The notes beneath the pieces are model-generated. The model was not told the origin of the DNA. It made no database searches and worked only from the letters and a program-made list of their open reading frames with translations. From a virus, in IMG/VR virus record IMGVR_UViG_3300045988_146774, positions 107,897 through 171,896 of that record: DNA of 64,000 nt. One strand, 5' to 3'. This document shows positions 45,977-54,645 of this stretch, piece after piece; position 1 is the first letter of the stretch; every line of letters starts with the position of its first letter. Both the position numbers and the translations under genes were made by a program.

Positions 45977-46235
45977 GTTCCTCTTTTAATTTCTGAATAC
46001 ACTGATTCGAAGTCAAAACAACTTCTCCCGGAAGCAATACAATACTGCCATCATACTTCGAAATAAATTCTTCTACCTTATTCTTATATTCTCTTAGTTC
46101 TCGAAGCTCTTTAATGGAATCTTTTATATAATCATCCACAGTATCATAAAAAGTAACTCCAGTATCAGTAGATATTGATTCAATATATTCATTTACAGAA
46201 TTTGTTTCTTCTTGTGTAGCATCACGCATATACAT
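45954..46235 (-). CDS. hypothetical protein
   Basis: 93 aa. Tiles. Confidence 0.6.
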   Translation of the reverse strand: MYMRDATQEETNSVNEYIESISTDTGVTFYDTVDDYIKDSIKELRELREYKNKVEEFISKYDGSIVLLPGEVVLTSNQCIQKLKEELGYGDQL

Positions 46236-46437
46236 TATCTCTTATCCCTCCAAATAGAAATTATCCATAACAACCAATGGAGAATTATCACCAACCCATA
46301 TTCCGGATCATTATCTTTACCACTTTCATAATCAAGGTATAACGATGGCAATATTCCAAATTGGTATCTTTATTATGATAAACCGATGTCTTGAATCTTA
46401 AATGCGTCCTTCTTTTTCTTTTCACTGTTTTATTTTC

Positions 46438-46809
46438 CTATCGAAAGTATTGCCATGTAGATTCGAAAATCATATCATATAAATAAGACACAATCATCTG
46501 AAAACGAACACCTTTCATCCCAGTTAATTCAATATTTTCATTTAAATCATCCATGATATAAAGAATAAAATCATTTATGCCTTTTCTTGTAATAGGAACT
46601 TTATGACGAATGTGCATATTAATGTAAATTATTAATCCATCCACATTTGTGTTCATAACATTATCGAACGTTTCTATATAGTGTTTATCCGCTGCCTTGT
46701 TCAATGCTTCCGATTCAGTCATGCCATATGCCGTCTCAAAAATGAAATCCCAAAATTCAGGTTTTACAAATTTCTTTTTTATATCTTTAACCGTAATTTC
46801 ATCCAACAT
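46438..46809 (-). CDS. hypothetical protein
   Basis: 123 aa. Tiles. Confidence 0.65.
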   Translation of the reverse strand: MLDEITVKDIKKKFVKPEFWDFIFETAYGMTESEALNKAADKHYIETFDNVMNTNVDGLIIYINMHIRHKVPITRKGINDFILYIMDDLNENIELTGMKGVRFQMIVSYLYDMIFESTWQYFR

Positions 46810-46846
46810 TTATCCTACCTCACTTAAAACTGCCGTTTAGTTACCA

Positions 46847-47062
46847 TTAAAAGATTGGAAATCGCACTTCCACATCATATGGACTAAGACATAACAAATG
46901 CCTGAAAACTCCTAATTCTTTAGTCATTTCTTCTTTCTCTTTATCGTTTAAATCAATAATCTTATTGACCTCGTTTTCTATATCACGACAAAGCATTTCT
47001 GCTCGCCAGAGCGTTCTACTCTCTTCTTCGGTTAATCTAATTGTTTTTTGTTCTACTTTCAT
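46847..47062 (-). CDS. hypothetical protein
   Basis: 71 aa. Tiles. Confidence 0.55.
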   Translation of the reverse strand: MKVEQKTIRLTEEESRTLWRAEMLCRDIENEVNKIIDLNDKEKEEMTKELGVFRHLLCLSPYDVEVRFPIF

Positions 47063-47099
47063 ATATATCTCCTAAAATATTCCATCACTTTTGTAGTCA

Positions 47100-47288
47100 T
47101 CAACTCAAATATTTTACCGTCAAATACAACAACACTAAAGTTATATATAGAGGACATGCAACATAATAGAATTTATATTCTGCATCTTTTTTCTTTGATA
47201 TAATTTCTGTTAGTCCTTCTATGAAATATATAATAGAAATCCCCATTGCCAAAGCTACTATTTGTTTTTCCATAATTACTCTCCGCAC
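47100..47288 (-). CDS. small membrane protein
   Basis: 62 aa. Two hydrophobic helices. First gene after module B. Confidence 0.55.
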   Translation of the reverse strand: MRRVIMEKQIVALAMGISIIYFIEGLTEIISKKKDAEYKFYYVACPLYITLVLLYLTVKYLS

Positions 47289-47362
47289 ACTATATATGGT
47301 ATGTTACAATGCAGTCACATGCTATATATAGTTATAAATTAACAATGAAATATCGGTTTCAT
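47289..47362. promoter_or_regulatory. intergenic module B: ACTATATAT / CTATATATAGT boxes + ATGAAA..TTTCAT hairpin
   Basis: Boxes at 47289-47297 and 47322-47332. Shares TATATATAGTTATAA with module A. Hairpin arms at 47345-47350 / 47357-47362. Confidence 0.55.
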
Positions 47363-47366
47363 CAAC

Positions 47367-47765
47367 TTAAATAATTCCGAGTGTTTCATCTTCATACCTA
47401 CACGCTTTTGCTTTTGTGAACATATCTACATATTCCGACAAATTAAACATTCCAATCGTACATTGAGAAATCATATACATAATTCTTCTATACATAACAT
47501 CCGCAAACAATTGGTTATTTTCATTTAACAATACATCCATAAAAAGAAATCTTGCTTTATCTGGATCTCTATTTATAATCTCCAATGTTAATGGTTTTAG
47601 AAACAAATGCAACGCAAATGGAATATCCATAACAATATCATCGCATCCTAAATAATGTTTATGATAATAAGCATTCATTGCTTCTAGTTCATCACCATAT
47701 AATTTCTTATTGTACCAACCTTTACAAATTAGATAGATATCTGTTAATTGTTTATTCTCTGTCAT
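47367..47765 (-). CDS. hypothetical protein
   Basis: ATG 47765 lies 9 nt after GGAG. The longer track ORF overlaps the upstream gene by 47 nt. Confidence 0.55.
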   Translation of the reverse strand: MTENKQLTDIYLICKGWYNKKLYGDELEAMNAYYHKHYLGCDDIVMDIPFALHLFLKPLTLEIINRDPDKARFLFMDVLLNENNQLFADVMYRRIMYMISQCTIGMFNLSEYVDMFTKAKACRYEDETLGII

Positions 47766-48051
47766 CTCTTTTAACTCCAAATAATTCGCATAAATCATTA
47801 CTCATATTTATTATTTTGAAGAATCTATGAGCAATTTCTTCATTCATATGAGCTTCACAGACTGCCTCGGCTGCTTTTGGATGTTCACTACAATCCACAA
47901 ATTCTTTGTAATAGTCAACCATATCTTTCCAAATACCAATTGTTTCTCCTGCAATTAAACTTGTCCGTCGGCTTCTATAACATTTCTGCAACTTATCATT
48001 TGGCATACCACAGAATAAATTTCGTAATACGTGATTTTTAAATATTCCCAT
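47752..48051 (-). CDS. hypothetical protein
   Basis: 99 aa. Tiles. Confidence 0.6.
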   Translation of the reverse strand: MGIFKNHVLRNLFCGMPNDKLQKCYRSRRTSLIAGETIGIWKDMVDYYKEFVDCSEHPKAAEAVCEAHMNEEIAHRFFKIINMSNDLCELFGVKRDDRE

Positions 48052-48053
48052 AC

Positions 48054-48953
48054 TTATTCACCAACCTCCGATACAATTTTCTTAAACATATCATCCACGG
48101 AATCAAGTAAATCATATCTCTTATCAAATGGAGCCGTAGAACTTCTAGCGAATTTACGTTCAACCATATCTATATAATATGTAGAACTTCCGTCGTCTCC
48201 TTGATAAAATTCATTCCATTCTGAATCAGACAACAATCTCTTCACGTCGAGTTGCTCAATAGCAAGATTATCAAAACTAACAACTTTGAATTTATTCAAA
48301 ATATCCTGTAGATTTTCATATAACCATTGCTGATTTTCTTCTATTTCTTTTCTGTCAGAATCAAAATACTCATTACCTCGTCTCAAATGCTTATAGCCCA
48401 AAATGAGCATCTTTAAATTATTATTCTCCATAGCTTGTACATCAGATGGTTTCAGAACTCCATTAATTACATGAATTACAATATTGGGATATTTTTTGAC
48501 CTTTTTGATAAACTCTTGCGTTGGATTTACAAGAGATACACCTAGTCCATAAATAAGCTTTTCATTAATCATCTTATCTACCAAATCAATATTCTGTTCA
48601 AAATGCACCTGGTTAAGAGTAATATTTGTGATAACTTTTAAATCTCTGAGCTTTTCTAAGAATGGGATTAAATCAGGATGCTCAAGAACGTTACCTCCTC
48701 CGATTGCCACTTCTTGATATGGATGAAGTGTCTCGATAAATTTCTCGTTTAAGATATTTCCATGTTTGCCATTTTGTGTAGAACCTTCATGGCAAAACGG
48801 ACATCTCATTGAACAAGAATTGGTAATCTTAATATCCATATTTCTTGCAAAATCAAATTTAAATTCATCATCCTCTGTTTCACAAATGCGAGTACCGTCT
48901 GAAAATATTTTGTTAATCGTGTTTCCATTCTTGTACATGCCTAATAATTCCAT
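48054..48953 (-). CDS. radical SAM enzyme (unassigned subfamily)
   Basis: 299 aa. CxxxCxxC cluster SCSMRCPFC at residues 46-53. GGGNVLEHP SAM-binding-like motif. No C-terminal SPASM Cys cluster. Confidence 0.75.
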   Translation of the reverse strand: MELLGMYKNGNTINKIFSDGTRICETEDDEFKFDFARNMDIKITNSCSMRCPFCHEGSTQNGKHGNILNEKFIETLHPYQEVAIGGGNVLEHPDLIPFLEKLRDLKVITNITLNQVHFEQNIDLVDKMINEKLIYGLGVSLVNPTQEFIKKVKKYPNIVIHVINGVLKPSDVQAMENNNLKMLILGYKHLRRGNEYFDSDRKEIEENQQWLYENLQDILNKFKVVSFDNLAIEQLDVKRLLSDSEWNEFYQGDDGSSTYYIDMVERKFARSSTAPFDKRYDLLDSVDDMFKKIVSEVGE

Positions 48954-48979
48954 TCTAAAAATCCTCCATATTTTAAAAT

Positions 48980-49351
48980 TTAATCATGACCATAATATCC
49001 AAAAGCTACAATTCCTTCACCTTTTGGTGTAGTATAACTTTGTTCAAATGTTTCATACCAATTATCGTTGAAAAATTCTTCTGATGTTTTTATTCTTTCT
49101 TCTTCAAAAATACCATCTACTACTTCTTCGTCATTCCAATCGACATAAGGATACATAAGAGATCCATTCCATGACTTCTTTTCTTGCAGTTCTTTTATTA
49201 CTTCTTCTCTTGAAACAAATTTATCCTTGTCTTCCCAATAAAGCAGCTCTCCATTTTCCCATTTTTCATATTCATCAGAACTACACATTGTTAAACTATG
49301 TACCGAACTACTATTCGTTTCAAATACTCCACGTCTAATTTGTTTTTTCAT
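48980..49351 (-). CDS. ETNSSSxH-motif paralog 1 (shortest)
   Basis: 123 aa. N-terminus MKKQIRRGVFETNSSSVHSL shared with the two upstream genes. Confidence 0.7.
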   Translation of the reverse strand: MKKQIRRGVFETNSSSVHSLTMCSSDEYEKWENGELLYWEDKDKFVSREEVIKELQEKKSWNGSLMYPYVDWNDEEVVDGIFEEERIKTSEEFFNDNWYETFEQSYTTPKGEGIVAFGYYGHD

Positions 49352-49354
49352 ATG

Positions 49355-49933
49355 TTAATTTCCTTTCTCATAAATTTCGTATTTGTCAAATTCAGGTTTT
49401 AAATCACCATATAATGTATAAGTTCCCCAATCTGTTACTTCTTTGCCCTCTGCGATAAACATTTTATCTCTATATGAATCACCATTATCATTTCCTGTAA
49501 TAATAATCGAATTGCCAAAAAGATATCTAAACAACTTGTCTGAATCAGACAATAAATCATCTAACCAAGATTTTAATTCTCCTGCATGATCGATATAATC
49601 ATAACCAATGTCATAATAATAATGTTTTTCCTTACCATATTCATATGATTTAACATTTAATTCTGGGATTGTATATGTGATTTCATACTCATCTAGAATA
49701 TCTTTTAATCGAGTAAGTTTTTCATCAGCATATTCTTTGTCCATCGAAAGAATTGCTGTAATCAAATATGAAGCTTTATTATCAAGATCTCCATATTCTT
49801 CACATTCCCATCCATATTCTCCTGTATGAAAATCAATATGGTCTTTTAGTTCGTACCCATCTTTTGCAATACAAATTGCATGAGTACTGGACGAATTGGT
49901 TTCATAAACGCTTCTGCGGATTTGTCTTCTCAT
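49355..49933 (-). CDS. ETNSSSxH-motif paralog 2
   Basis: 192 aa. N-terminus MRRQIRRSVYETNSSSTHAI. Confidence 0.7.
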   Translation of the reverse strand: MRRQIRRSVYETNSSSTHAICIAKDGYELKDHIDFHTGEYGWECEEYGDLDNKASYLITAILSMDKEYADEKLTRLKDILDEYEITYTIPELNVKSYEYGKEKHYYYDIGYDYIDHAGELKSWLDDLLSDSDKLFRYLFGNSIIITGNDNGDSYRDKMFIAEGKEVTDWGTYTLYGDLKPEFDKYEIYEKGN

Positions 49934-49949
49934 ATTTATATTTCCTTTC

Positions 49950-50663
49950 TTAATCTACTGGATATTCATAATCGATTGCATCCATATCAATTAATCCTGT
50001 GTTTTTAATATCGTCCCAATAACAATATTCATCCCCATCTTGAATAACTACATATTTTCTATTCGTCAGATATTCTTCCAACGATACATTTTCTTCTTCA
50101 AGAAAACCACTAAGCATGTCTTCATCTACGCATCCTGTATATGGTTTATCAAAATGGAAATATCCATTATCTCCTTCCCAATATTCAATTGTATCAATTC
50201 CCCAATCTCTTTCTTTTTGTTCAAGCCACTCATTAAGCTCGTCTTCTGTCTTACCATATTCCTGAGCGTATTCACTATCTTTATTTGCCGGATGATCTTT
50301 ATCTGCAAACGAATCGGAAATCATAGGAATAACAATCCTTTTAAGACCTGGAACATATTTCAATGCAAGTGATTCAAGTTCTTTATATTTCTCATCATTG
50401 TATTCTCTAACTAACGAGGCACATGCATACAGCCATTTATCATGAAAATTGCCTAATGCTCTAAATGGACTTCTACCAAAATTCATATCATGATCCCAAA
50501 TATGCCACTCACAGTCTTTTTCTCCGGTATTTCTGTCATCCCACAAATAGAAATCTTTTAATATCTCTTCCGATGTGTAATGTTCGTCCTTTTTCATAAC
50601 ACAAAGAGAATGCTGACTGGAAGAATTTGTTTCAAAAACATTTGTTCTAATTTGTCTTTTCAT
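49950..50663 (-). CDS. ETNSSSxH-motif paralog 3
   Basis: ATG 50663 lies 9 nt after AAGGA, giving MKRQIRTNVFETNSSSQHSL, in register with the other two paralogs. Confidence 0.7.
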   Translation of the reverse strand: MKRQIRTNVFETNSSSQHSLCVMKKDEHYTSEEILKDFYLWDDRNTGEKDCEWHIWDHDMNFGRSPFRALGNFHDKWLYACASLVREYNDEKYKELESLALKYVPGLKRIVIPMISDSFADKDHPANKDSEYAQEYGKTEDELNEWLEQKERDWGIDTIEYWEGDNGYFHFDKPYTGCVDEDMLSGFLEEENVSLEEYLTNRKYVVIQDGDEYCYWDDIKNTGLIDMDAIDYEYPVD

Positions 50664-50691
50664 ATTCGTTAATCCTTTCTTTTTGTCACCC

Positions 50692-50768
50692 ATATATTGT
50701 ATGTGTCAATTAATCAAAATACAATATATAGTATTCATAAACAGATGAAATTTCGATTTCATCTGTTT
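50692..50768. promoter_or_regulatory. intergenic module C: ATATATTGTAT / ATACAATATAT inverted repeat + 13-bp hairpin (terminator-like)
   Basis: Inverted repeat at 50692-50702 / 50719-50729. Perfect stem AAACAGATGAAAT-ttcg-ATTTCATCTGTTT at 50739-50768, directly after the Nudix stop. Confidence 0.65.
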
Positions 50769-50778
50769 CTATTCTTTG

Positions 50779-51354
50779 CTATTCCCCATATATAATTTCC
50801 ATTAGCATAAGAGCTGTTTTCATGCATACTTTTTCTTCTTTTAGAATTCTCTTGATCTCATCTTTACCAGCTAATACGACATTAATCTCTTCTGTTAATT
50901 CGTTTTTGCCTGTACTCACCATTCCAGATATTTCTCCACAAATGATAGAACAACTTTCATCCGTCATTCCGGCTGAGGAATAGAATGCTTTGTTAGAAAA
51001 TTTTGTCTTCATTGGTACAAAATCCAATCCGGTTTCTTCTTTCATTTCTCTTATTGCTGTTTCATAAATATCTTCTCCATCATCAACAAGACCAGCCGGA
51101 AGTTCATAAAGATAATCTCCAATTGCATATCTGTATTGTTTAATCAATACGACCTTGCAATCTTCTGTAATTCCAACCATAGCCACCGCATCTGGCTTTT
51201 CTTCATGATTAATTGCTTTCAGATCATCAACCTGCTTTGCCCTAGAAGCCACTAGATATTCTAATGGCTTCCCTTCTTTATTCTCTGCATGTAATTTATA
51301 GAGGTTTAGAAATTTCTCATCTGTCATCTTCTCCACTGCACTAATCTTACCCAT
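50779..51354 (-). CDS. Nudix hydrolase, ADP-ribose pyrophosphatase-like
   Basis: 191 aa. Complete Nudix box G-x5-E-x7-REUxEExGU in GLVDDGEDIYETAIREMKEETGL. Size and layout resemble NudF-type ADPRases. Confidence 0.8.
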   Translation of the reverse strand: MGKISAVEKMTDEKFLNLYKLHAENKEGKPLEYLVASRAKQVDDLKAINHEEKPDAVAMVGITEDCKVVLIKQYRYAIGDYLYELPAGLVDDGEDIYETAIREMKEETGLDFVPMKTKFSNKAFYSSAGMTDESCSIICGEISGMVSTGKNELTEEINVVLAGKDEIKRILKEEKVCMKTALMLMEIIYGE

Positions 51355-51357
51355 AAT

Positions 51358-52095
51358 TTATTCTCCTGTGTATTCATAATGTTCCATCGGTTTCAATTTA
51401 AAAAGATTCTTCTCATGCATCTCATCAATCTTTCTCTTTACATTCTGATCATCGATTTCGCCTGTGCGAATATATTTATCAAGAACTTCATATGAAAAAC
51501 CAAAACTTTCCTCGTCTGTCTTGCCACACAATCCATCGATCGGAGTCTTATTTACAAATTCATCTGGAAGACCAAGTTCTTTTGCAACTGCTCTTACTTC
51601 TGTTTTTGTAAGCATTTCAATCGGAGCAAAAGACCCAAATCCATCGCCTCCATATGTTGCGAATCCGATATGATCTTCACTCAGATTACAGTTGCACGTC
51701 GGAATACCATTACAACACTGTGCATAAAAGAATAATTCTGACATTCTTACTCTTGCCGGTAAATTAATATTCGCCTGTTCTGTTTCTTCAATACCTTGTT
51801 TGGTATTTTCTTTTCTAAGAGTATCGACTGTATGTCCAATATTAACGATAGAATATCTAATTCCCAAATAATGAACTAAATTTAAGCTAACATTAATATC
51901 CGGCTGAATATGATAAGGCATTAACACTCCTCGCACCCTATCTTCACCAAGAGCTTTTACACATAATGCTGCTACTGTTGACGAATCGATGCCACCAGAA
52001 ATACCGATAACTGCATTCTGATTTCCGCCTAATTCATCAAAATATTTTTTAATCCACTCAACCAATTCTTCTGTAACTTTCTTAACGTCAAACAT
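51358..52095 (-). CDS. nadE: NH3-dependent NAD+ synthetase
   Basis: ATG 52095 lies 1 nt after the pncB stop. PP-loop IGISGGIDSS. About 245 aa, i.e. the short ammonia-dependent form without a glutaminase domain. Confidence 0.85.
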   Translation of the reverse strand: MFDVKKVTEELVEWIKKYFDELGGNQNAVIGISGGIDSSTVAALCVKALGEDRVRGVLMPYHIQPDINVSLNLVHYLGIRYSIVNIGHTVDTLRKENTKQGIEETEQANINLPARVRMSELFFYAQCCNGIPTCNCNLSEDHIGFATYGGDGFGSFAPIEMLTKTEVRAVAKELGLPDEFVNKTPIDGLCGKTDEESFGFSYEVLDKYIRTGEIDDQNVKRKIDEMHEKNLFKLKPMEHYEYTGE

Positions 52096-52096
52096 A

Positions 52097-53326
52097 TTAC
52101 ACACCAGCCTTTCTTTCGTGTTCCATTCTCCAGTCAATACATCTCTGTACATAATCTACATATTCCGGATTTTTACACATGCCTTTTCCAACTGTATCAC
52201 TAATTTTAACTGCATCTTGTCCATTAATTGCAGTTACTTTCATAACAATATTTAATGGCTCTACACAAGTATCGTTAGACAAATATGTTCCAATTCCAAA
52301 TGCCACATCTGCACGATCTGAAAAATGTCTAAAAATCTTATCAGCTATTTCGAAATTAAGCGAATCGGAGAAAAGTAAGGTCTTCGTTTTGCTGTCAACT
52401 CCAAGACTTTCATAATGTTTAAGCATCTGTTCTCCCCATTCAATCGGGTCGCCAGAATCATGTCTTACACCGGAGAACAATGTGGCGAATGTTAACTGAA
52501 AATCTTTTAAGAAACAATTTGTAGTAATCGTATCTGTAAGAGCAATTCCATTGAGCACTCCATACTCTTTAACCCATGCGTTGAGTGCATACCAGTTAGA
52601 ATATGCCGGATTGTGCTTATGATTGCCTTGACCTACGCACATAATCCATTCATGTGCCATAGTTCCTACAGGTGTTACTCCATACTTTTTAGCAAGATAT
52701 ACATTAGAAGTTCCAATAAATTTCGATGCACAATGCGATGTATCATTTAAATGTGAAAATTTCTCAACTACAAGTTCCTGAGCTTCTGCTGACAGTCTTC
52801 TTCTTAGACCAAATTCTGAAAATGTACCTGCGTACCAGTGTCCTTTCTTTAGCATATCGTATTTATAATCAAGTTTTTCTCTAAAACTTTCGATCAATTT
52901 GTCATAATCATACTGCATTCTAAAATACACTTCGTTCACTATTGCAAGAACCGGAATCTCATACATGGATGTGTTAAGCCAAGTTCCTTTCGTTTCAATA
53001 GATAGTCCGCATTCCGTATTTGTTCCGATATCAAAATCTTCATAGCGTGGTTGCCACAATCTTAGAAAATCTACGTAAGATCCTTTAATCCATTTGATAC
53101 TGTCAATATATTCCAGCTCATCTTCTGTGAATCTAAGACCACAATACGTCTTAATCTGCTCTTTAATTTCATTCACCATTTCTTCTGTAAAATGCACGTC
53201 TTTATTTCTGCATTTAAAAGTCCATGTTGTTTTATAATCCGAAAACTGATGGTAAATTGCCTGTCCCATACTCAGTTTATAAAGATCTGTACTTAACAAG
53301 CTTGTAATAATCTGATGTAATTTCAT
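52097..53326 (-). CDS. pncB: nicotinate phosphoribosyltransferase
   Basis: 409 aa. Aligns by eye along its length with E. coli PncB (TDLYKLSMGQA, FGLRRR, GTSN, GTMAHEW, GIALTD, RHDSGDP, LNIVMK). Confidence 0.85.
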   Translation of the reverse strand: MKLHQIITSLLSTDLYKLSMGQAIYHQFSDYKTTWTFKCRNKDVHFTEEMVNEIKEQIKTYCGLRFTEDELEYIDSIKWIKGSYVDFLRLWQPRYEDFDIGTNTECGLSIETKGTWLNTSMYEIPVLAIVNEVYFRMQYDYDKLIESFREKLDYKYDMLKKGHWYAGTFSEFGLRRRLSAEAQELVVEKFSHLNDTSHCASKFIGTSNVYLAKKYGVTPVGTMAHEWIMCVGQGNHKHNPAYSNWYALNAWVKEYGVLNGIALTDTITTNCFLKDFQLTFATLFSGVRHDSGDPIEWGEQMLKHYESLGVDSKTKTLLFSDSLNFEIADKIFRHFSDRADVAFGIGTYLSNDTCVEPLNIVMKVTAINGQDAVKISDTVGKGMCKNPEYVDYVQRCIDWRMEHERKAGV

Positions 53327-53341
53327 AATAAAAATCTCCTT

Positions 53342-53854
53342 TTATAGAATCTTCTTTTCATATAAATATTCTCTGAATAACGGATGAATCATATCTTCGT
53401 ATTTCTTAGGATTTTTTCTAATCTCCGTTCCTGATATATCAATGTTCTCTCTATCCAACAATTCAAAAATATGTTTCGGATATAAACATCGAATCTTAGA
53501 AAAATAACTTGACTCTCCAGAATACCATGTAATGTTATTCGTCTTCACATAAGGGTTGATTCCGGCATTAACAAATAATTCTGTACACCACCAACGCCAA
53601 TTTTCCAATGTAAATGTCCCATCTAATCCTATTTTCTTATCATCTATAACAACAACTTTCACATTTTCCTTCGTATAAAGCATTTTCATTAACTGGATTC
53701 TTTTACGAAAATAGATAAAATCCTTTCCACGATCGTTATCAAATCCACACACTCCAATAATTGTGAGCTGATTTTCTTTTATAGATCGATCAATCATTGA
53801 AAGATGACCTTTATGCAATGGAATAAAACATCCAAAAGTGATACCAATATTCAT
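53342..53854 (-). CDS. nicotinamide/nicotinate mononucleotide adenylyltransferase (cytidylyltransferase-fold)
   Basis: 170 aa. (H/T)xGH motif GCFIPLHKGH near the N-terminus, ISxTxxR motif ISGTEIR near the C-terminus. Confidence 0.75.
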   Translation of the reverse strand: MNIGITFGCFIPLHKGHLSMIDRSIKENQLTIIGVCGFDNDRGKDFIYFRKRIQLMKMLYTKENVKVVVIDDKKIGLDGTFTLENWRWWCTELFVNAGINPYVKTNNITWYSGESSYFSKIRCLYPKHIFELLDRENIDISGTEIRKNPKKYEDMIHPLFREYLYEKKIL

Positions 53855-53857
53855 TTG

Positions 53858-54370
53858 TTACTCTCCAATTACATTAATCTGACAACTCTTCATTACTTCT
53901 AATGCAGCCTTGTGTTTTTCAGGAGTGACACCTGCACAACAACTTGCGTCTACTGTAATATCAATGTTAGGATAATTTGCTCTAATAATAAGCGCATTTG
54001 AAATTACACAAATATCCGTACAAAGACCACAAATTTCTACACTTTCGAATGCAAAATCTTTCCAATTTTTCCATCCAAAAGTAAACTTGTCAATTAAAAT
54101 ATCATTATTAATATCAAAATTTAATTCATTTGAAATTTGCCAACCAATAGTATCTTTTACACAATGTACAACAGGAAGGTGTATACCTTCATATGTTTCT
54201 AAATAATTATTAGAATGTGTATCTCTAGTAAAAATTACTTGTTTACCAGCTTCCTTATATTTTTTAATCTTTTCTGCCACGTTTGATACAATTGCCTGTG
54301 CTTCTTTTGTTCCAAGAGAGCCATTAATAAAATCATTTTGCATATCAACTACAATTAAAATTTCTTCCAT
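53858..54370 (-). CDS. pncA: nicotinamidase (isochorismatase family)
   Basis: ATG 54370 (TAATG overlap with the upstream stop). ILIVVDMQNDF, catalytic-Cys context CGLCTDICV. Confidence 0.75.
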   Translation of the reverse strand: MEEILIVVDMQNDFINGSLGTKEAQAIVSNVAEKIKKYKEAGKQVIFTRDTHSNNYLETYEGIHLPVVHCVKDTIGWQISNELNFDINNDILIDKFTFGWKNWKDFAFESVEICGLCTDICVISNALIIRANYPNIDITVDASCCAGVTPEKHKAALEVMKSCQINVIGE

Positions 54371-54645
54371 TACTTCCACCCATATTCTTTCTTAATCTGC
54401 TTGAATTTTTTCGTAAATAACTTTAATTCTTTATATGTAAGTCTCGCTGGTTCCTTTAATGACAATGACGATCCTTGGATAACTGAATATGCGGTAAATT
54501 GATTATGAAATATTTCTATCACTTTATATTTAACATAACTGCAAGTTATTGATACTTTTGTATAAATAACTCCACGATCATCTTTTTTGTCAAACAACCA
54601 TCCGGCTTCTTTAATTTCTCTATCTAAATTTCTATTCCATATCAT
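54370..54645 (-). CDS. hypothetical protein coupled to pncA
   Basis: 91 aa from the ATG at 54645 (the track start 54669 is a TTG). Its stop overlaps the pncA start. Confidence 0.5.
   Translation of the reverse strand: MIWNRNLDREIKEAGWLFDKKDDRGVIYTKVSITCSYVKYKVIEIFHNQFTAYSVIQGSSLSLKEPARLTYKELKLFTKKFKQIKKEYGWK

Noticed and set aside
45115-48953. Assigning the radical SAM genes to QueE, NrdG or viperin-like families
   Set aside because: Only the generic CxxxCxxC and GGxP-like motifs are visible. No QueC/QueD/DpdA, NrdD or CMP-kinase partners are present in the window. A subfamily call would be a guess.
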